A model generated the notes under the pieces. It ran no database searches. It was not told the origin of the DNA and worked only from the letters and a program-made list of their open reading frames with translations. 64,000 bases of DNA from contig CAZJNH010000001.1 in NCBI GenBank assembly GCA_964547425.1, forward strand, positions 5,295 through 69,294, read 5' to 3'. Positions 54,778 through 64,000 of the stretch are shown here, piece by piece (the stretch's first letter is position 1; each line of letters begins with the position of its first letter). This stretch comes from an uncultured Candidatus Saccharibacteria bacterium (GTDB lineage Bacteria > Patescibacteriota > Saccharimonadia > UBA4664 > CAZJNH01). A program made the translations under genes and the position numbers.

Positions 54778-55671
54778 TTAAAATTCGCCGATGAAGCCGA
54801 TCTCGGTTTCCAGCTGATGGCCAGTTTCTTCCTTAACGGTTTTCTTGGCTAAGTCGATTAATGCCATTACATCAGACGCTTTGGCGTGGCCTAAATTAAT
54901 AATGGTGTTGGCATGCCGGCCAGAGATCATCGCGTCGCCGATTCGAGCCCTTTTGAGTCCTGCCTCATCAATTAATCTGCCAGCTCCCACTCCTTCGATT
55001 TTCTTAAAGACAGATCCGCAAGACGCGAACTCGTATAGTTGAGGTTGCCGGCGCTCACGCCAAGCCAAGTTCTTTTTTATTTGTGAGCGCATCGCTTCTT
55101 CGTCACCCGGTTGCAGTGAAAACGTAACTTCAAGAACAGTCACTGGCTTGTGGTGCAAGATGCTGTCGTCGTAGCCAAATTTAAAGTACTCCGGATCGAC
55201 GGTCTTAACCTCGTTATCTTCGAGTACCTCTGCCGATTTAATAATCGATTCGATGTAGAGAGTCGACTTGCGGTCCGGCGATAAAAAATGCAGATTCTGC
55301 CAAATCGCTCCTCCAACACTCGAGGGAATACCGGCAAAATGCTCAAGACCGGATAATCGCTTCTCCATGGAAGCTTCGATTAAGTCTGCGGCAATCGCAC
55401 CGCTCTCGGCGATCAAGTCCTGGCCCTCAAATCTGAAGTTATCGGCTTGGTTATGAATTACCAACCCCCGAAAACCTTTGTCGCCAACCAGGATATTGGC
55501 GCCGCTTCCGAGTAGAAAGTAATTGGTATCCTCTTCTTTGGCAGCCTTAATCGCCGCCGCTAACTCGGTTTTAGATTTAACCTCAACAAAGTAATCCGCC
55601 GGACCGCCGATCTGATATGTAGTCAGCGGCGCCAGCGGCACGTCTTTCTGGAGATTTTTGAGTTTAATCAA
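54778..55671 (-). CDS. murB: UDP-N-acetylenolpyruvoylglucosamine reductase MurB
   Basis: FAD-binding motifs (TTYQIGGPADYF, LLGSGANIL). The proposed TTG start overlaps the proS stop (TTGATTAA). The longer ATG-initiated ORF would overlap proS by 128 nt. Confidence 0.8.
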   Translation of the reverse strand: MIKLKNLQKDVPLAPLTTYQIGGPADYFVEVKSKTELAAAIKAAKEEDTNYFLLGSGANILVGDKGFRGLVIHNQADNFRFEGQDLIAESGAIAADLIEASMEKRLSGLEHFAGIPSSVGGAIWQNLHFLSPDRKSTLYIESIIKSAEVLEDNEVKTVDPEYFKFGYDDSILHHKPVTVLEVTFSLQPGDEEAMRSQIKKNLAWRERRQPQLYEFASCGSVFKKIEGVGAGRLIDEAGLKRARIGDAMISGRHANTIINLGHAKASDVMALIDLAKKTVKEETGHQLETEIGFIGEF

Positions 55672-56902
55672 GGGCGGTTTGGATTTTGGAGAGTTCGACC
55701 AGTTTGGAGTCTTTTTCGTCGCGGGCTTTGAGCTCGACGGACTTCTTTTCGATGGTTTTGGGGCTAACAGTGACTCGCAGCGGGACGCCAATCAGGTCGG
55801 CGTCTGCGAACTTGGTGCCAGCCGATTCTTCGCGGTCGTCGTAGATGACGGTTTTGCCGGAGTCTTCTAAAAGCGAATGCAGTTTGTCGGCGGTTTCGAT
55901 GACGGCTTTGTCGTCGCCAAGGGCAATCAAGTGAATGTCGGCCGGAGCCACGCTCTTGGGCCAGATCAACCCATGCTCGTCGTTAAACTTTTCGGCAATG
56001 ACCCCCATTACCCGACTAACTCCTAAGCCGAAGCAGCCCATAATCGGATAAATCGGCTTATTGGCGGGGTCGCTGACCGAAAGATCAAAGGCCTTGGAGT
56101 ACTTCTGGCCGAGATCAAAGACGTTACCGACCTCCGAAGCTTTTGCCTTTTTTAACTTGCCTTTGCCGCAAGTCGGACACTTGTCGCCAACCTTGGCCTT
56201 GGCGATCTCGACATTGATGCAGTAATCGCACTCGTCGCAGTAGAGAATGTCGTCCTCACCGGCATCGGTCAGCACCTCAAACTCGTACGATATCTTCTCG
56301 CTAAACAACCCGCCGGACGCCTCGGTAACTTTGGCCTGCAACCCCAAACGGTCATAAATCCGCAGATACGCCTGCTTCACCGTTTCGTAGTAAGTATCAA
56401 AATCGGCCTGGTCAGTGTGGAAGCTATACATATCCTTCATATAAAACTCGCGGCCGCGCAAAATGCCCGATTTGGCTCGCAGCTCGTCGCGGTACTTCCA
56501 GTGGATCTGGTAAACACTCTTCGGCAGGTCCTTGTAGGACTTCAGCCGGTTCATCACCAGCGGCGTCACGATTTCCTCCTCGCTTTGGCCTAGCGCGTAT
56601 TCCGCGTCCGTCCGGCTTTTGAGTTTAAAGAGAATGTCGATGGCGTCCCAGCCGCCGGTCTTTACCCAGTTGGCTTTGGGATGCAGGATCGGCATTAACA
56701 CTTCCTCGCCGCCAATGCCATTCATCTCTTCGCGAACGATGTTTTCAATCTTGCGCAGTACCCGCAGTCCCAACGGCAAATAGCTGTAAATCCCAGCCGC
56801 TAGTTGGTCTATAAACCCGGCGCGGACCAGCAGCTTGTAGTGAGTTGCCTCGTTCTCGGCGACCGATTTTTGGGTTTTAGCGAAGGTTTCAGATAATCGC
56901 AT
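55664..56902 (-). CDS. proS: proline--tRNA ligase (bacterial type, lacking the INS editing domain)
   Basis: Class II motifs and a ProRS anticodon-binding C-terminus. 412 aa. A Cys4 zinc-ribbon-like insert (CDECDYC...CPTCGKGK) sits where INS is found in longer ProRS. Confidence 0.85.
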   Translation of the reverse strand: MRLSETFAKTQKSVAENEATHYKLLVRAGFIDQLAAGIYSYLPLGLRVLRKIENIVREEMNGIGGEEVLMPILHPKANWVKTGGWDAIDILFKLKSRTDAEYALGQSEEEIVTPLVMNRLKSYKDLPKSVYQIHWKYRDELRAKSGILRGREFYMKDMYSFHTDQADFDTYYETVKQAYLRIYDRLGLQAKVTEASGGLFSEKISYEFEVLTDAGEDDILYCDECDYCINVEIAKAKVGDKCPTCGKGKLKKAKASEVGNVFDLGQKYSKAFDLSVSDPANKPIYPIMGCFGLGVSRVMGVIAEKFNDEHGLIWPKSVAPADIHLIALGDDKAVIETADKLHSLLEDSGKTVIYDDREESAGTKFADADLIGVPLRVTVSPKTIEKKSVELKARDEKDSKLVELSKIQTALD

Positions 56903-57624
56903 TACTTTCCTACTATCGCGGTAAAGGCCAGGTAATTATTTAATAGGTGGAGGAAGATGCCCGGCCAGATCGACTTGGTCTTGCGGTACATTATACAGAG
57001 TAGGCAACCGAGCACAAAAGTGTAGACCGAGACGTTGAGCTGCAGGTGTGCAAAGGCAAACAGCAAACTTGAACCGACAATGCCCGCGATAAGTCCAAAC
57101 CGATCAGCTAAAGCCGGGAAAATAAAACCGCGAAACACCACCTCTTCGATCGCCGGCGGGATAAACACTAAGGCGATCAAACTTAAACTTGGAGACGAGG
57201 ACGCTCCCTTGGTGAATTCATTTACTTGAGGCTGGGTTGGGTTGAAACTGGGAAACAAATGACCAACGAGACTGAATAGAACCGCCGAGGTAATTAGGAA
57301 CACAGCGCCGGCCAGCAGGATATAAAGCGAGGCTTTAAACAGATTAAAGTGCTTGAGCCCCAGCCTTTCCCAGCCAACCTTATACTTGACCAGAAAATGA
57401 CGCATTAGGGCAAAAGCCGCAATGCCATCTAGAACTAACAGTACAAACGAGGCTCTGACTTCGCCTTTAAGCAGTCCGTGCAGTAGAGACGAGGCAGGCG
57501 GCAAAACCGGCGCCAAGACGCGTAGGACCAGGACGATCAACGCAGGCAGCCCAATCCAAGCCGCGAAGAACACCACCAAAGCTTGCTTCCAGTTCCATGG
57601 AACGTTGAACGGTTTGGCGCTCAA
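56902..57624 (-). CDS. CPBP-family (CAAX/Abi) intramembrane metalloprotease
   Basis: EEVVFRG motif and FAFAHL, polytopic. Confidence 0.7.
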   Translation of the reverse strand: MSAKPFNVPWNWKQALVVFFAAWIGLPALIVLVLRVLAPVLPPASSLLHGLLKGEVRASFVLLVLDGIAAFALMRHFLVKYKVGWERLGLKHFNLFKASLYILLAGAVFLITSAVLFSLVGHLFPSFNPTQPQVNEFTKGASSSPSLSLIALVFIPPAIEEVVFRGFIFPALADRFGLIAGIVGSSLLFAFAHLQLNVSVYTFVLGCLLCIMYRKTKSIWPGIFLHLLNNYLAFTAIVGK

Positions 57625-58721
57625 ATAATCCGCCTGATGTCGAAGTAGGTAATTAAAATTATCAGCAAAATCAGCGCCACAAACCCAACACTGTTGATCA
57701 CCGACTCCACCTTGTGCGAAAGTTCCTTGCCGGCCAGCTTAGTGATCGCCAGCATCGCCAACCGGCCGCCGTCCAGCGCCGGGATCGGGAAGGAGTTGAT
57801 AACAGCTAATGAAACCGTAATCGAGACCACAATAAGCGCGATATAGCGCCAGCCAAGAAACAAAATGTTGCTAATGATTGAGGTAATACCAACTGGCCCG
57901 ACAGCCGTAGCTTCAGTCGGAACAGCTTTACTAAACAGTGAGCCGATCAAGTGCGGGATACTAACGATCAGGCGGCCGAATCCGGCAACTGTGCCGGCCG
58001 CGATCTGCCCAAACAGCTTGGCCGATACCACAACTGCCTTAACCGGGGAGTATCTGAGCAAATAAGTCTCAAACGGCAAAACCCCAAGTTGGCCGCCCTC
58101 TTTTGTACCTTTATGCAGTTTGATGTCTTGGGTTAAATTTTGGCCCTTTCGCACTATTTCAAACTTCACGCTTTGGCCGGCGTGAGCCAGAGTAAAGACC
58201 TTGAGCTCTTCGGTTTTACTGAAACTTTGACCGTTACCGCTTGCGACGATATCCCCTTTTTGCAGTCCAGCTTGCTTTGCGGCCGAGTCAGGTGTGATGT
58301 CTAAAACCAGTACTTGGGATGGCTTTGCAAAGCTGGCCTCGGTTTGGTCAACGGCAAAGTTAGGGATCGGGGGCAAGCCGGTTGAAGCTAAGTAAAACAG
58401 CAGGATAAAGCCCAAAAGTGCGTTCATCGCGACGCCAGCTAAGAGAATTTTGGCTTGTTTACCAAATTTCGCGGCTCCGAAACTGCCAGGAGTTTTGGTA
58501 GCAGAATTCTCACCCTTCAGCCGAACAAAACCTCCAATCGGCAACCAGTTAACTGACAGGATCGTGCCGCCTCGTTTGACGCCGTATAAGCGCGGCGGCA
58601 AGCCGAACCCAAACTCCTCAACATCAACGCCCGAACGTTTTGCGGCAATAAAATGCCCCAGCTCATGGATAAAAACGAGCAGGGACAGCGTTAACACCAT
58701 AATCAAAATGCTTATGATCAT
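57621..58721 (-). CDS. rseP: site-2 protease RseP (M50 zinc metalloprotease with PDZ)
   Basis: HELGHF zinc motif, PDZ region, LDGG motif. Confidence 0.8.
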   Translation of the reverse strand: MIISILIMVLTLSLLVFIHELGHFIAAKRSGVDVEEFGFGLPPRLYGVKRGGTILSVNWLPIGGFVRLKGENSATKTPGSFGAAKFGKQAKILLAGVAMNALLGFILLFYLASTGLPPIPNFAVDQTEASFAKPSQVLVLDITPDSAAKQAGLQKGDIVASGNGQSFSKTEELKVFTLAHAGQSVKFEIVRKGQNLTQDIKLHKGTKEGGQLGVLPFETYLLRYSPVKAVVVSAKLFGQIAAGTVAGFGRLIVSIPHLIGSLFSKAVPTEATAVGPVGITSIISNILFLGWRYIALIVVSITVSLAVINSFPIPALDGGRLAMLAITKLAGKELSHKVESVINSVGFVALILLIILITYFDIRRII

Positions 58722-58745
58722 ACCCTACTAGGATATCACGGCGAG

Positions 58746-59474
58746 CTATTTGCCGAAGCGGCGGTGGCGAGTTGCGTAGTCTTTGATTGCGGCGTCGAGA
58801 TCGGCCTCATTAAAATCAGGCCAGTGTTTATCGACAAATCGTAATTCCGACCAGGCAGATCGCCAGAGCATGAAGTCACTGATTCTTTGTTCTCCCGAAG
58901 TGCGAATCACCAGATCGATCGGCGGAATATCGGGCGCATACAAGTACTCGGCGAACTTGTCGATAGTAATATCCTCGGCATTAACCCCCTCTTTTACCAT
59001 CTTTGCCGCAGCGTCGGCTAGCTCCTGATGGCCAGTATAATTTAGGCAGAGCGCCAAGGTACCGGCGGTATTTTTAGCCGTAGTTTCCTCTGCCGCATCG
59101 ATTGCTTTCAAGATCTTTGGCGATAAATTATCCCTAGAACCTAACACCCTTACCCGAATGTTCTCTTTATTTAGCTCCTCGACTTCTTTCGTCGCCACCC
59201 AGTAAAGCAGCTTCATTAAGTAATCGACTTCTTCTTGGCTACGATTCAAATTTTGGGTTGATAATACAAAAGCTGAGATGAACTTAATCCCTCTTTTGAT
59301 ACCGATCTTGCCAATCTCTTTAAGGTTCAGATAACCCTGCTTGTGACCATCATAGGTCGGCAGGCCTTGTGATCTGGCCCAGCGGCGATTCCCATCCATA
59401 ATTAGTCCAATATGTCGGGGAACTATCGTGTCTTCGGCAATCTTGGTGGACTCTAATTTTGATTGGGGTGTCAT
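58746..59474 (-). CDS. uppS: undecaprenyl diphosphate synthase
   Basis: HIGLIMDGNRRWA and the cis-prenyltransferase core. Confidence 0.9.
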   Translation of the reverse strand: MTPQSKLESTKIAEDTIVPRHIGLIMDGNRRWARSQGLPTYDGHKQGYLNLKEIGKIGIKRGIKFISAFVLSTQNLNRSQEEVDYLMKLLYWVATKEVEELNKENIRVRVLGSRDNLSPKILKAIDAAEETTAKNTAGTLALCLNYTGHQELADAAAKMVKEGVNAEDITIDKFAEYLYAPDIPPIDLVIRTSGEQRISDFMLWRSAWSELRFVDKHWPDFNEADLDAAIKDYATRHRRFGK

Positions 59475-59502
59475 TGCGTTGATTATACCTAAAAGCTTGC
59501 GC

Positions 59503-60066
59503 TTAGACTTCCATAATTTCTTTAGTTTTGGCTTCTTCTATGTTTTTAATTTTGTCGCGGTACTCGTCGATTTTCTTGTTCAGATCGGTCTCGGCGCGCT
59601 TGACGTCGTCTTGGGTCGCCGACTTAGACGCTTCCAACTTTTTGACTTCATCCATCAGTTCTCGGCGAATGTTGCGGATGGCGATCTGGCACTGCTCGAG
59701 CTTATCGCCAAGGGCCTTAACCAAATTGCGGCGGGTTTCTTCGTTCAAGGGTGGTAGGTTAATGCGAATAACCGAGCCATCGTTGTTCGGGTTTAATCCC
59801 AACGATTGAGACTCGCGAATCGCTTTTTCGATCACCGGCAGCATCGTTGGATCCCAGGGGGTGATTTGGATCGTGCGAGCGTCCGGCGTCGATAGCGTGG
59901 CAACTTGCTTTAATGCCATGTTTTGGCCGTACTGCTCAACAACAATTCCTTCAACAAGGGCGGTTGAGGCGCGGCCGGTGCGCAGACCCCGCAGTTCGTC
60001 CTGGAGATGGTCCAGGGCTTTATCCATTTTCGGATTTGCCTGGGCTACAACTTCGCTAGTTGTCAC
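59503..60066 (-). CDS. frr: ribosome recycling factor
   Basis: 187 aa with family-wide similarity. The start could be the internal MDKALDHL Met at 60027. Confidence 0.9.
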   Translation of the reverse strand: MTTSEVVAQANPKMDKALDHLQDELRGLRTGRASTALVEGIVVEQYGQNMALKQVATLSTPDARTIQITPWDPTMLPVIEKAIRESQSLGLNPNNDGSVIRINLPPLNEETRRNLVKALGDKLEQCQIAIRNIRRELMDEVKKLEASKSATQDDVKRAETDLNKKIDEYRDKIKNIEEAKTKEIMEV

Positions 60067-60649
60067 TGACTTCGCCCAGTTCCCAGCGTTCGAAACGCCG
60101 GATTACTACGTTCTCCCCGATTTTAGCGATCAGTTCCGTCATTAGTTCCTCAACGTTTTTGTCGGGATCTTTAATAAACGGCTGTTTGGTTAAACAAACA
60201 TCGGAGTAATACTTTTCCAGCTTACCGGCAACAATCTTCTCCGCCACTTCGGCCGGCTTGCCTTTGATTTCGGCCCGGTAAATCTCCTTTTCCTTTTCGA
60301 TGTCCTCTTCCGGAATACTCTCTGGCGACAAATACTCGGGATTGCTGGCCGCGACGTGCATAGCAATGTCATGGACAAAAGTTTTGAAGTCGTCGGTTCG
60401 GGCCACAAAGTCGGTTTCGCAGTTCACTTCTACCAACGCGCCAAGGCGGCCGCCATGGGTGTAAGCCTCAATCAGCCCCTGCTTAGCCTCGCGCGAAGCC
60501 TTTTTGGCGGCGCTGGCCAACCCTTTTTTGCGCAGCAACTCCACCGCCTTATCCATATCCCCGTTAGCTTCATCCAAAGCTTCTTTGGCGCTAGAAAAAC
60601 CGGCCCCGGTCATTTCTCTTAGCTTTTTGACGTCGTCGATATTAGACAT
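60056..60649 (-). CDS. tsf: elongation factor Ts (short form)
   Basis: N-terminal UBA-like region ([19 protein letters not shown]), 197 aa. Confidence 0.88.
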   Translation of the reverse strand: MSNIDDVKKLREMTGAGFSSAKEALDEANGDMDKAVELLRKKGLASAAKKASREAKQGLIEAYTHGGRLGALVEVNCETDFVARTDDFKTFVHDIAMHVAASNPEYLSPESIPEEDIEKEKEIYRAEIKGKPAEVAEKIVAGKLEKYYSDVCLTKQPFIKDPDKNVEELMTELIAKIGENVVIRRFERWELGEVSDN

Positions 60650-61385
60650 TAGCCGCCTCTTTCGGTTCCTCCTCGACCTTAGCCGCCGCTGATTTGAGGT
60701 ACTTCTCGTGCCCGTCGAGTGCCGCTTCGGCGATCTGTTTAGTAATCAATGAGATTGCCTTAATCGCGTCGTCGTTAGCCGGGATCGGATAATCGATGTC
60801 GTCTGGGTCGGAGTTGGTGTCGGCGATACCGATCACCGGAATACCAAGTTTTTTGGCTTCGGCGATAGGGATCTGCTCCCGAACCGAATCCACTACGTAG
60901 ACAGCTCCCGGCACCTCACCCATTTCTTTAATCCCTCCGAGCACAAGTTCGAGCTTCTTGGCTTCGGCTTTGAGCAAGGAGGCTTCTTTCTTGTTGTACT
61001 TCGAAGCGACGTCGCCGCTTTCGAGGTCGGCTTCTAGCTTCTTTAACCGGTCGATCTGGCGTTTAATGGTCTGCCAGTTGGTTAGAGTACCGCCAAGCCA
61101 GCGCTCCGTCACGTACGGCATACCGGCCTGTTTGGCAGCGTCTTCAATTAATTGCCGGGCCTGGCGCTTGGTCGCCACAAATAAGACCTGTTTGCCGGAA
61201 GTGGTCAGGCTCTTCGTAAAATCTACGGCTTGAGCAATATAGTCGGCCGTTTTGGTTAAATCGATAATATGGACACCGCCGCGGGCGCCATAAATAAAGC
61301 GCTCCATTTTGGGGTTCCACCGCTTGGTTTGGTGGCCAAAATGCGCGCCGGCTTCGAGCAATTCTTTAAGGTCTACTGAGGGCAT
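60642..61385 (-). CDS. rpsB: 30S ribosomal protein S2
   Basis: S2 signatures ([19 protein letters not shown]). SD AAGGAAAGG. Confidence 0.9.
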   Translation of the reverse strand: MPSVDLKELLEAGAHFGHQTKRWNPKMERFIYGARGGVHIIDLTKTADYIAQAVDFTKSLTTSGKQVLFVATKRQARQLIEDAAKQAGMPYVTERWLGGTLTNWQTIKRQIDRLKKLEADLESGDVASKYNKKEASLLKAEAKKLELVLGGIKEMGEVPGAVYVVDSVREQIPIAEAKKLGIPVIGIADTNSDPDDIDYPIPANDDAIKAISLITKQIAEAALDGHEKYLKSAAAKVEEEPKEAANV

Positions 61386-61502
61386 AAAATCCTTTCCTTC
61401 ACCCGCTGCGCCCCAAAGGGAGGATTTAGTCGCGGGTTGTTTCGTTAATTAGAACTAGACTAGATTACCACCAGATCGGATTTGTTTCAACCTATACATA
61501 AA

Positions 61503-61532
61503 GGAGGCCCGGGACTACAAGTCCGGGCCTCC
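61503..61532 (-). terminator. GC-rich hairpin at the 3' end of the islet operon (contains the stop codon of the last gene)
   Basis: GGAGGCCCGGGACT-ACA-AGTCCGGGCCTCC, a perfect 13-14 bp stem. On the minus strand it is followed by UUUAUGUAUAGG, a weak U-tract. Confidence 0.4.
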
Positions 61533-61838
61533 AATTATCCTGATCAGGTTGAGATAGCGATGTCCGGCATCGGCGAACGCGTCATCTAGGCGCGAGCCAT
61601 ACTGGGCAAAGATCTCGAAGTCGGTGATCAGATTCTGAAGCTGCTGGATCGGCTTCCGCCCGGTTTTGAAGGCGAAGCTTACGATCCAGTACAAGCACAG
61701 GTTCGACAACTGCAGATCGCTGCGCGGCTTCTTCGGATCGATCGGATCGACCGAGAACTTGAGAGCCGCCGTGGCGATCTCGTTCAGCTCGCCGAGGACG
61801 TCCGCGCTCAGCAGCCTGTCGTCAGGCGGTGCCAGCAT
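61515..61838 (-). CDS. islet hypothetical protein (108 aa)
   Basis: Start at MLAPPDD with an AAGGAGGA SD. GC-rich. Overlaps the upstream gene by 17 nt. Confidence 0.4.
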   Translation of the reverse strand: MLAPPDDRLLSADVLGELNEIATAALKFSVDPIDPKKPRSDLQLSNLCLYWIVSFAFKTGRKPIQQLQNLITDFEIFAQYGSRLDDAFADAGHRYLNLIRIIGGPDL

Positions 61839-62118
61839 CGCGCATCCTCCTTGCGAGCTCGTCGTCGTAGCGCCGGGCCTCCTTGATCGCCTCACGGAGT
61901 GCTCCGTAGATCCCTTCCGCGTCATCAGCGTCGAATAGAGCGAAGCCGTCGATGGAGATTACAACCATTCCGTGGCCAGCTACGCCGCACATCGGCTTCG
62001 CCCGTACCGCTGAAACAACCATCCTGCCGACGGAGGGGCACTTCGCTTCCGAGAAGACCCCTCCCCGCAACACAACCTTGCCGTCGGGCGACCTGCGTTT
62101 CAAATGCCTTAATCGCAT
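61822..62118 (-). CDS. islet hypothetical protein (98 aa)
   Basis: Start at MRLRHLKRR with a CAGGGGGA SD. No motif recognised. Confidence 0.4.
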   Translation of the reverse strand: MRLRHLKRRSPDGKVVLRGGVFSEAKCPSVGRMVVSAVRAKPMCGVAGHGMVVISIDGFALFDADDAEGIYGALREAIKEARRYDDELARRMRDAGTA

Positions 62119-62340
62119 TGTGTCCCCCTGGACCAAGCAACGAACCCGATGTTCCTTGCTTCTCTTAAATCCTGAAGTCTTCAGAGCTTAAGAGATTACC
62201 TCTCACCATTTTAACCCCGCTGGTTCATCCAGCGAGAAATGGTGAGAGGCTCAGGGTTTTTTGTATGGCGCGACCCTGTTTAAACGCGCCTAGGGTAATT
62301 CGGAATTCACCGTATCTCCCTTGATCGAGGCGGACAGCGG

Positions 62341-62472
62341 CTACAGCTTGTCGCGCTGGAGCCGTTCGTGGCGGTAATTCTTGGCCGCGAGGCCCGCCAT
62401 CGCAACTGCAGTGCAGAAGGCGATGACCAGTCCCCGATGCCTCCGGGCGAATTGCTTGATCGCGTCGATCAT
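62341..62472 (-). CDS. islet small membrane peptide (43 aa)
   Basis: MIDAIKQFARRHRGLVIAFCTAVAMAGLAAKNY.... A GGAGGGGG SD precedes the ATG, which follows the upstream stop after 1 nt. Below the 60 aa cutoff of the ORF track. Confidence 0.3.
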   Translation of the reverse strand: MIDAIKQFARRHRGLVIAFCTAVAMAGLAAKNYRHERLQRDKL

Positions 62473-62473
62473 G

Positions 62474-62674
62474 TCACCCCCTCCGCCGTCTGCCGGGGAT
62501 CCGGCCGGTCAGCATGAAGATGATGATAGCGACCATAGCCGCTATCACGATCAGGTACGCGAGGACTGCGACGACAAAGCCGCGGAACGCGTAGAGCACA
62601 AGTGCGCCTACGACGAACACGACCAGGATCTGGACGAACTCCGAACGCCACCACGGCCGGCGCTGCTGCTGCAT
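62474..62674 (-). CDS. islet small two-TM membrane protein (66 aa)
   Basis: MQQQRRPWW...VVFVVGALVLYAF...LAYLIVIAAMVAIIIFML with a basic tail. AAAGGGGGAAAG SD. Confidence 0.4.
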   Translation of the reverse strand: MQQQRRPWWRSEFVQILVVFVVGALVLYAFRGFVVAVLAYLIVIAAMVAIIIFMLTGRIPGRRRRG

Positions 62675-62767
62675 CTTTCCCCCTTTGTAAGCAACCAAGA
62701 AGTGTCCCCGAACGGGCCGCGGGCTGCGGGCATGCTGCATACGACCCGCCCGGGGACTTCCGTCGAC

Positions 62768-62929
62768 GTGGCTCGGCTAAACCGATTTACAGCGGCGCTG
62801 GCGGTACGGCTGGCTCAAGAGCCATTGCCGATGCCTGCGATCGCGTTTGGCATCCGGGCTGTAACGCCGGTGGACGTAGCTAGCCGTTCCCACCGTAGCG
62901 AGAAGGCAAAGCACTATCCCCACACCCGT
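62768..62929 (-). CDS. islet small membrane peptide (53 aa, GTG start)
   Basis: AAAGGAG lies 7 nt before the GTG. One TM (LLTGVGIVLCLLATVGTASYV) followed by a strongly basic tail. Confidence 0.3.
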
Positions 62930-63191
62930 CAAAAGCACGCTGTATCTCCTTTGGTTGAATGGCTACGTAACTGGCTGCAGGAGGGTGCTTGCAACCAGAT
63001 ACGCAGCCACAAAACCAGAGGAGTTGTGGCTGCTAAAAACCTGCCTTGCGGCAGATTTATGTAAGGAGCGATCACCCGGATCCGCCGATTGGCGGACCGA
63101 ATGAACCGGCCAATATTAGCATAAACACTATGATTTGTCAATGGTCCCTACTCTTGATTCTTGATTCATAATTCTGTATTCTTGTTTAGTT

Positions 63192-63524
63192 ATGAAAGCA
63201 GATATTCACCCCGAATATATGGTGACGAAGGTCCACTGCAACGGCTGTGGCACCGAGTTCGAAACCCACTCGACTATTCCTTCTATCGAAGTGGAGATCT
63301 GTTCGAATTGCCATCCTTTTTACACCGGTAAACAGAAGCTGGTCGACACCGCCGGCCGCGTTGACAAGTTTAACGCCCGCCGCGCTGCCGCGCAGAAATC
63401 CAAAGCTCAAAATCCGAAATCCGAAAAGGCCGAGGAAGCCGTAGTGGAAAAGATCGAGGAAGAGCTCGAAGCCAAGACGGTTGATCTGCCCGAAACCGAA
63501 GAAGCCAAAGACGACCAGCAATAA
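63192..63524 (+). CDS. rpmE: 50S ribosomal protein L31 (with C-terminal extension)
   Basis: MKADIHPEY...CxxC...[10 protein letters not shown], the L31 zinc-ribbon signature, plus a charged C-terminal tail of about 40 aa. Confidence 0.85.
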   Translation: MKADIHPEYMVTKVHCNGCGTEFETHSTIPSIEVEICSNCHPFYTGKQKLVDTAGRVDKFNARRAAAQKSKAQNPKSEKAEEAVVEKIEEELEAKTVDLPETEEAKDDQQ

Positions 63525-63537
63525 CTGATCAAGGAGG

Positions 63538-63568
63538 ACGCCTGCTAAACTTTTGGTAGGCGTTTTTT
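63538..63568 (+). terminator. intrinsic terminator after rpmE
   Basis: ACGCCT-loop-AGGCGT followed by TTTTTT. Confidence 0.4.
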
Positions 63569-63574
63569 GATTAT

Positions 63575-64000
63575 ATGAACCCTCAAGAGCAAAAAATCAG
63601 GTCAGATTACGAATCACTCGGCCACCGGCTAGCCGAGATTGGTTATAGTTCTCCAGATTACGGCAAGTTGAGTAAGCAGCTGAACGATCTTCAAAAAGTT
63701 ATATCCCTGTTTGATCGACAGCATCAATTAGAAAAAGACTTGGCCGACAGCCAGGAAGCACTCAAAGATACGGATTTAGCAGAACTTGCCCAAGAAGAAA
63801 TCCCCAGAATCGAAAGTGAGCTGCGCCAAACCAATAACCTACTGGCAGAGGAGCTCGAGCCAAAGGACCCCAACGACCAAAAGGACGCTATAGTTGAAAT
63901 CCGCGCGGGGGCAGGCGGAGACGAAGCCTCCCTATTTGCCGGCGAACTATACCGGATGTACGTGCGTTATGGCGAATCGCGCGATTGGAAAGCAGAGCTC
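63575..64000 (+). CDS. prfA: peptide chain release factor 1, N-terminal part only (continues past the window end)
   Basis: [15 protein letters not shown]...[21 protein letters not shown], the RF1 N-terminal domains. No stop before the window ends. Confidence 0.8.
   Translation, partial: MNPQEQKIRSDYESLGHRLAEIGYSSPDYGKLSKQLNDLQKVISLFDRQHQLEKDLADSQEALKDTDLAELAQEEIPRIESELRQTNNLLAEELEPKDPNDQKDAIVEIRAGAGGDEASLFAGELYRMYVRYGESRDWKAEL

Noticed and set aside
62381-63064. 227-aa plus-strand ORF inside the GC-rich islet
   Set aside because: High-GC DNA yields long spurious ORFs. The opposite strand has three short hydrophobic ORFs, each with a textbook SD at the correct spacing, which is the more parsimonious coding interpretation.
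1-64000. CRISPR arrays, rRNA and tRNA genes
   Set aside because: No regularly spaced direct repeats were seen, and no T-loop (GGTTCGAATCC-like) or rRNA signature sequences were found by eye. A tRNAscan or Infernal run would be needed to exclude tRNAs formally.

Overview
This 64 kb window is a gene-dense bacterial chromosomal segment with about 50-55% GC by eye, and most genes lie on the minus strand. Most of it is housekeeping. Repair and replication genes are dprA, topA, recO and xseAB. Cell-envelope genes are a class A PBP, a compact dcw cluster (mraZ-rsmH-ftsL-ftsI-mraY-ftsW-murG-ftsQ), PBP2-mreBCD, ftsEX with a CHAP hydrolase and an M23 peptidase, murB, uppS, rseP and a CPBP protease. Translation genes are glyS, serS, a class I lysS, proS, prfA, prfB, frr, tsf, rpsB, rpmA, rpmE and hpf. 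The window also carries secA, pyrG, greA and a PAS/GAF histidine kinase with a receiver-only response regulator. An LPXTG-anchored Cys-rich surface protein points to a monoderm, sortase-using organism. The overall gene content (sigma region-4-only protein next to a VirD4/TraG-like ATPase, class I LysRS, ProRS lacking the INS editing domain) is compatible with a Patescibacteria/Saccharibacteria-like lineage, but this is inference only. The accessory features are a 2.9 kb GC-rich three-gene island bounded by perfect 17-bp inverted repeats (39288-42187), a second GC-rich islet of five small SD-preceded genes (61.5-62.9 kb), and a roughly 78-nt structured element present in two diverged copies with compensatory substitutions (22425-22501 and 37845-37923). 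No rRNA, tRNA or CRISPR array was recognised.
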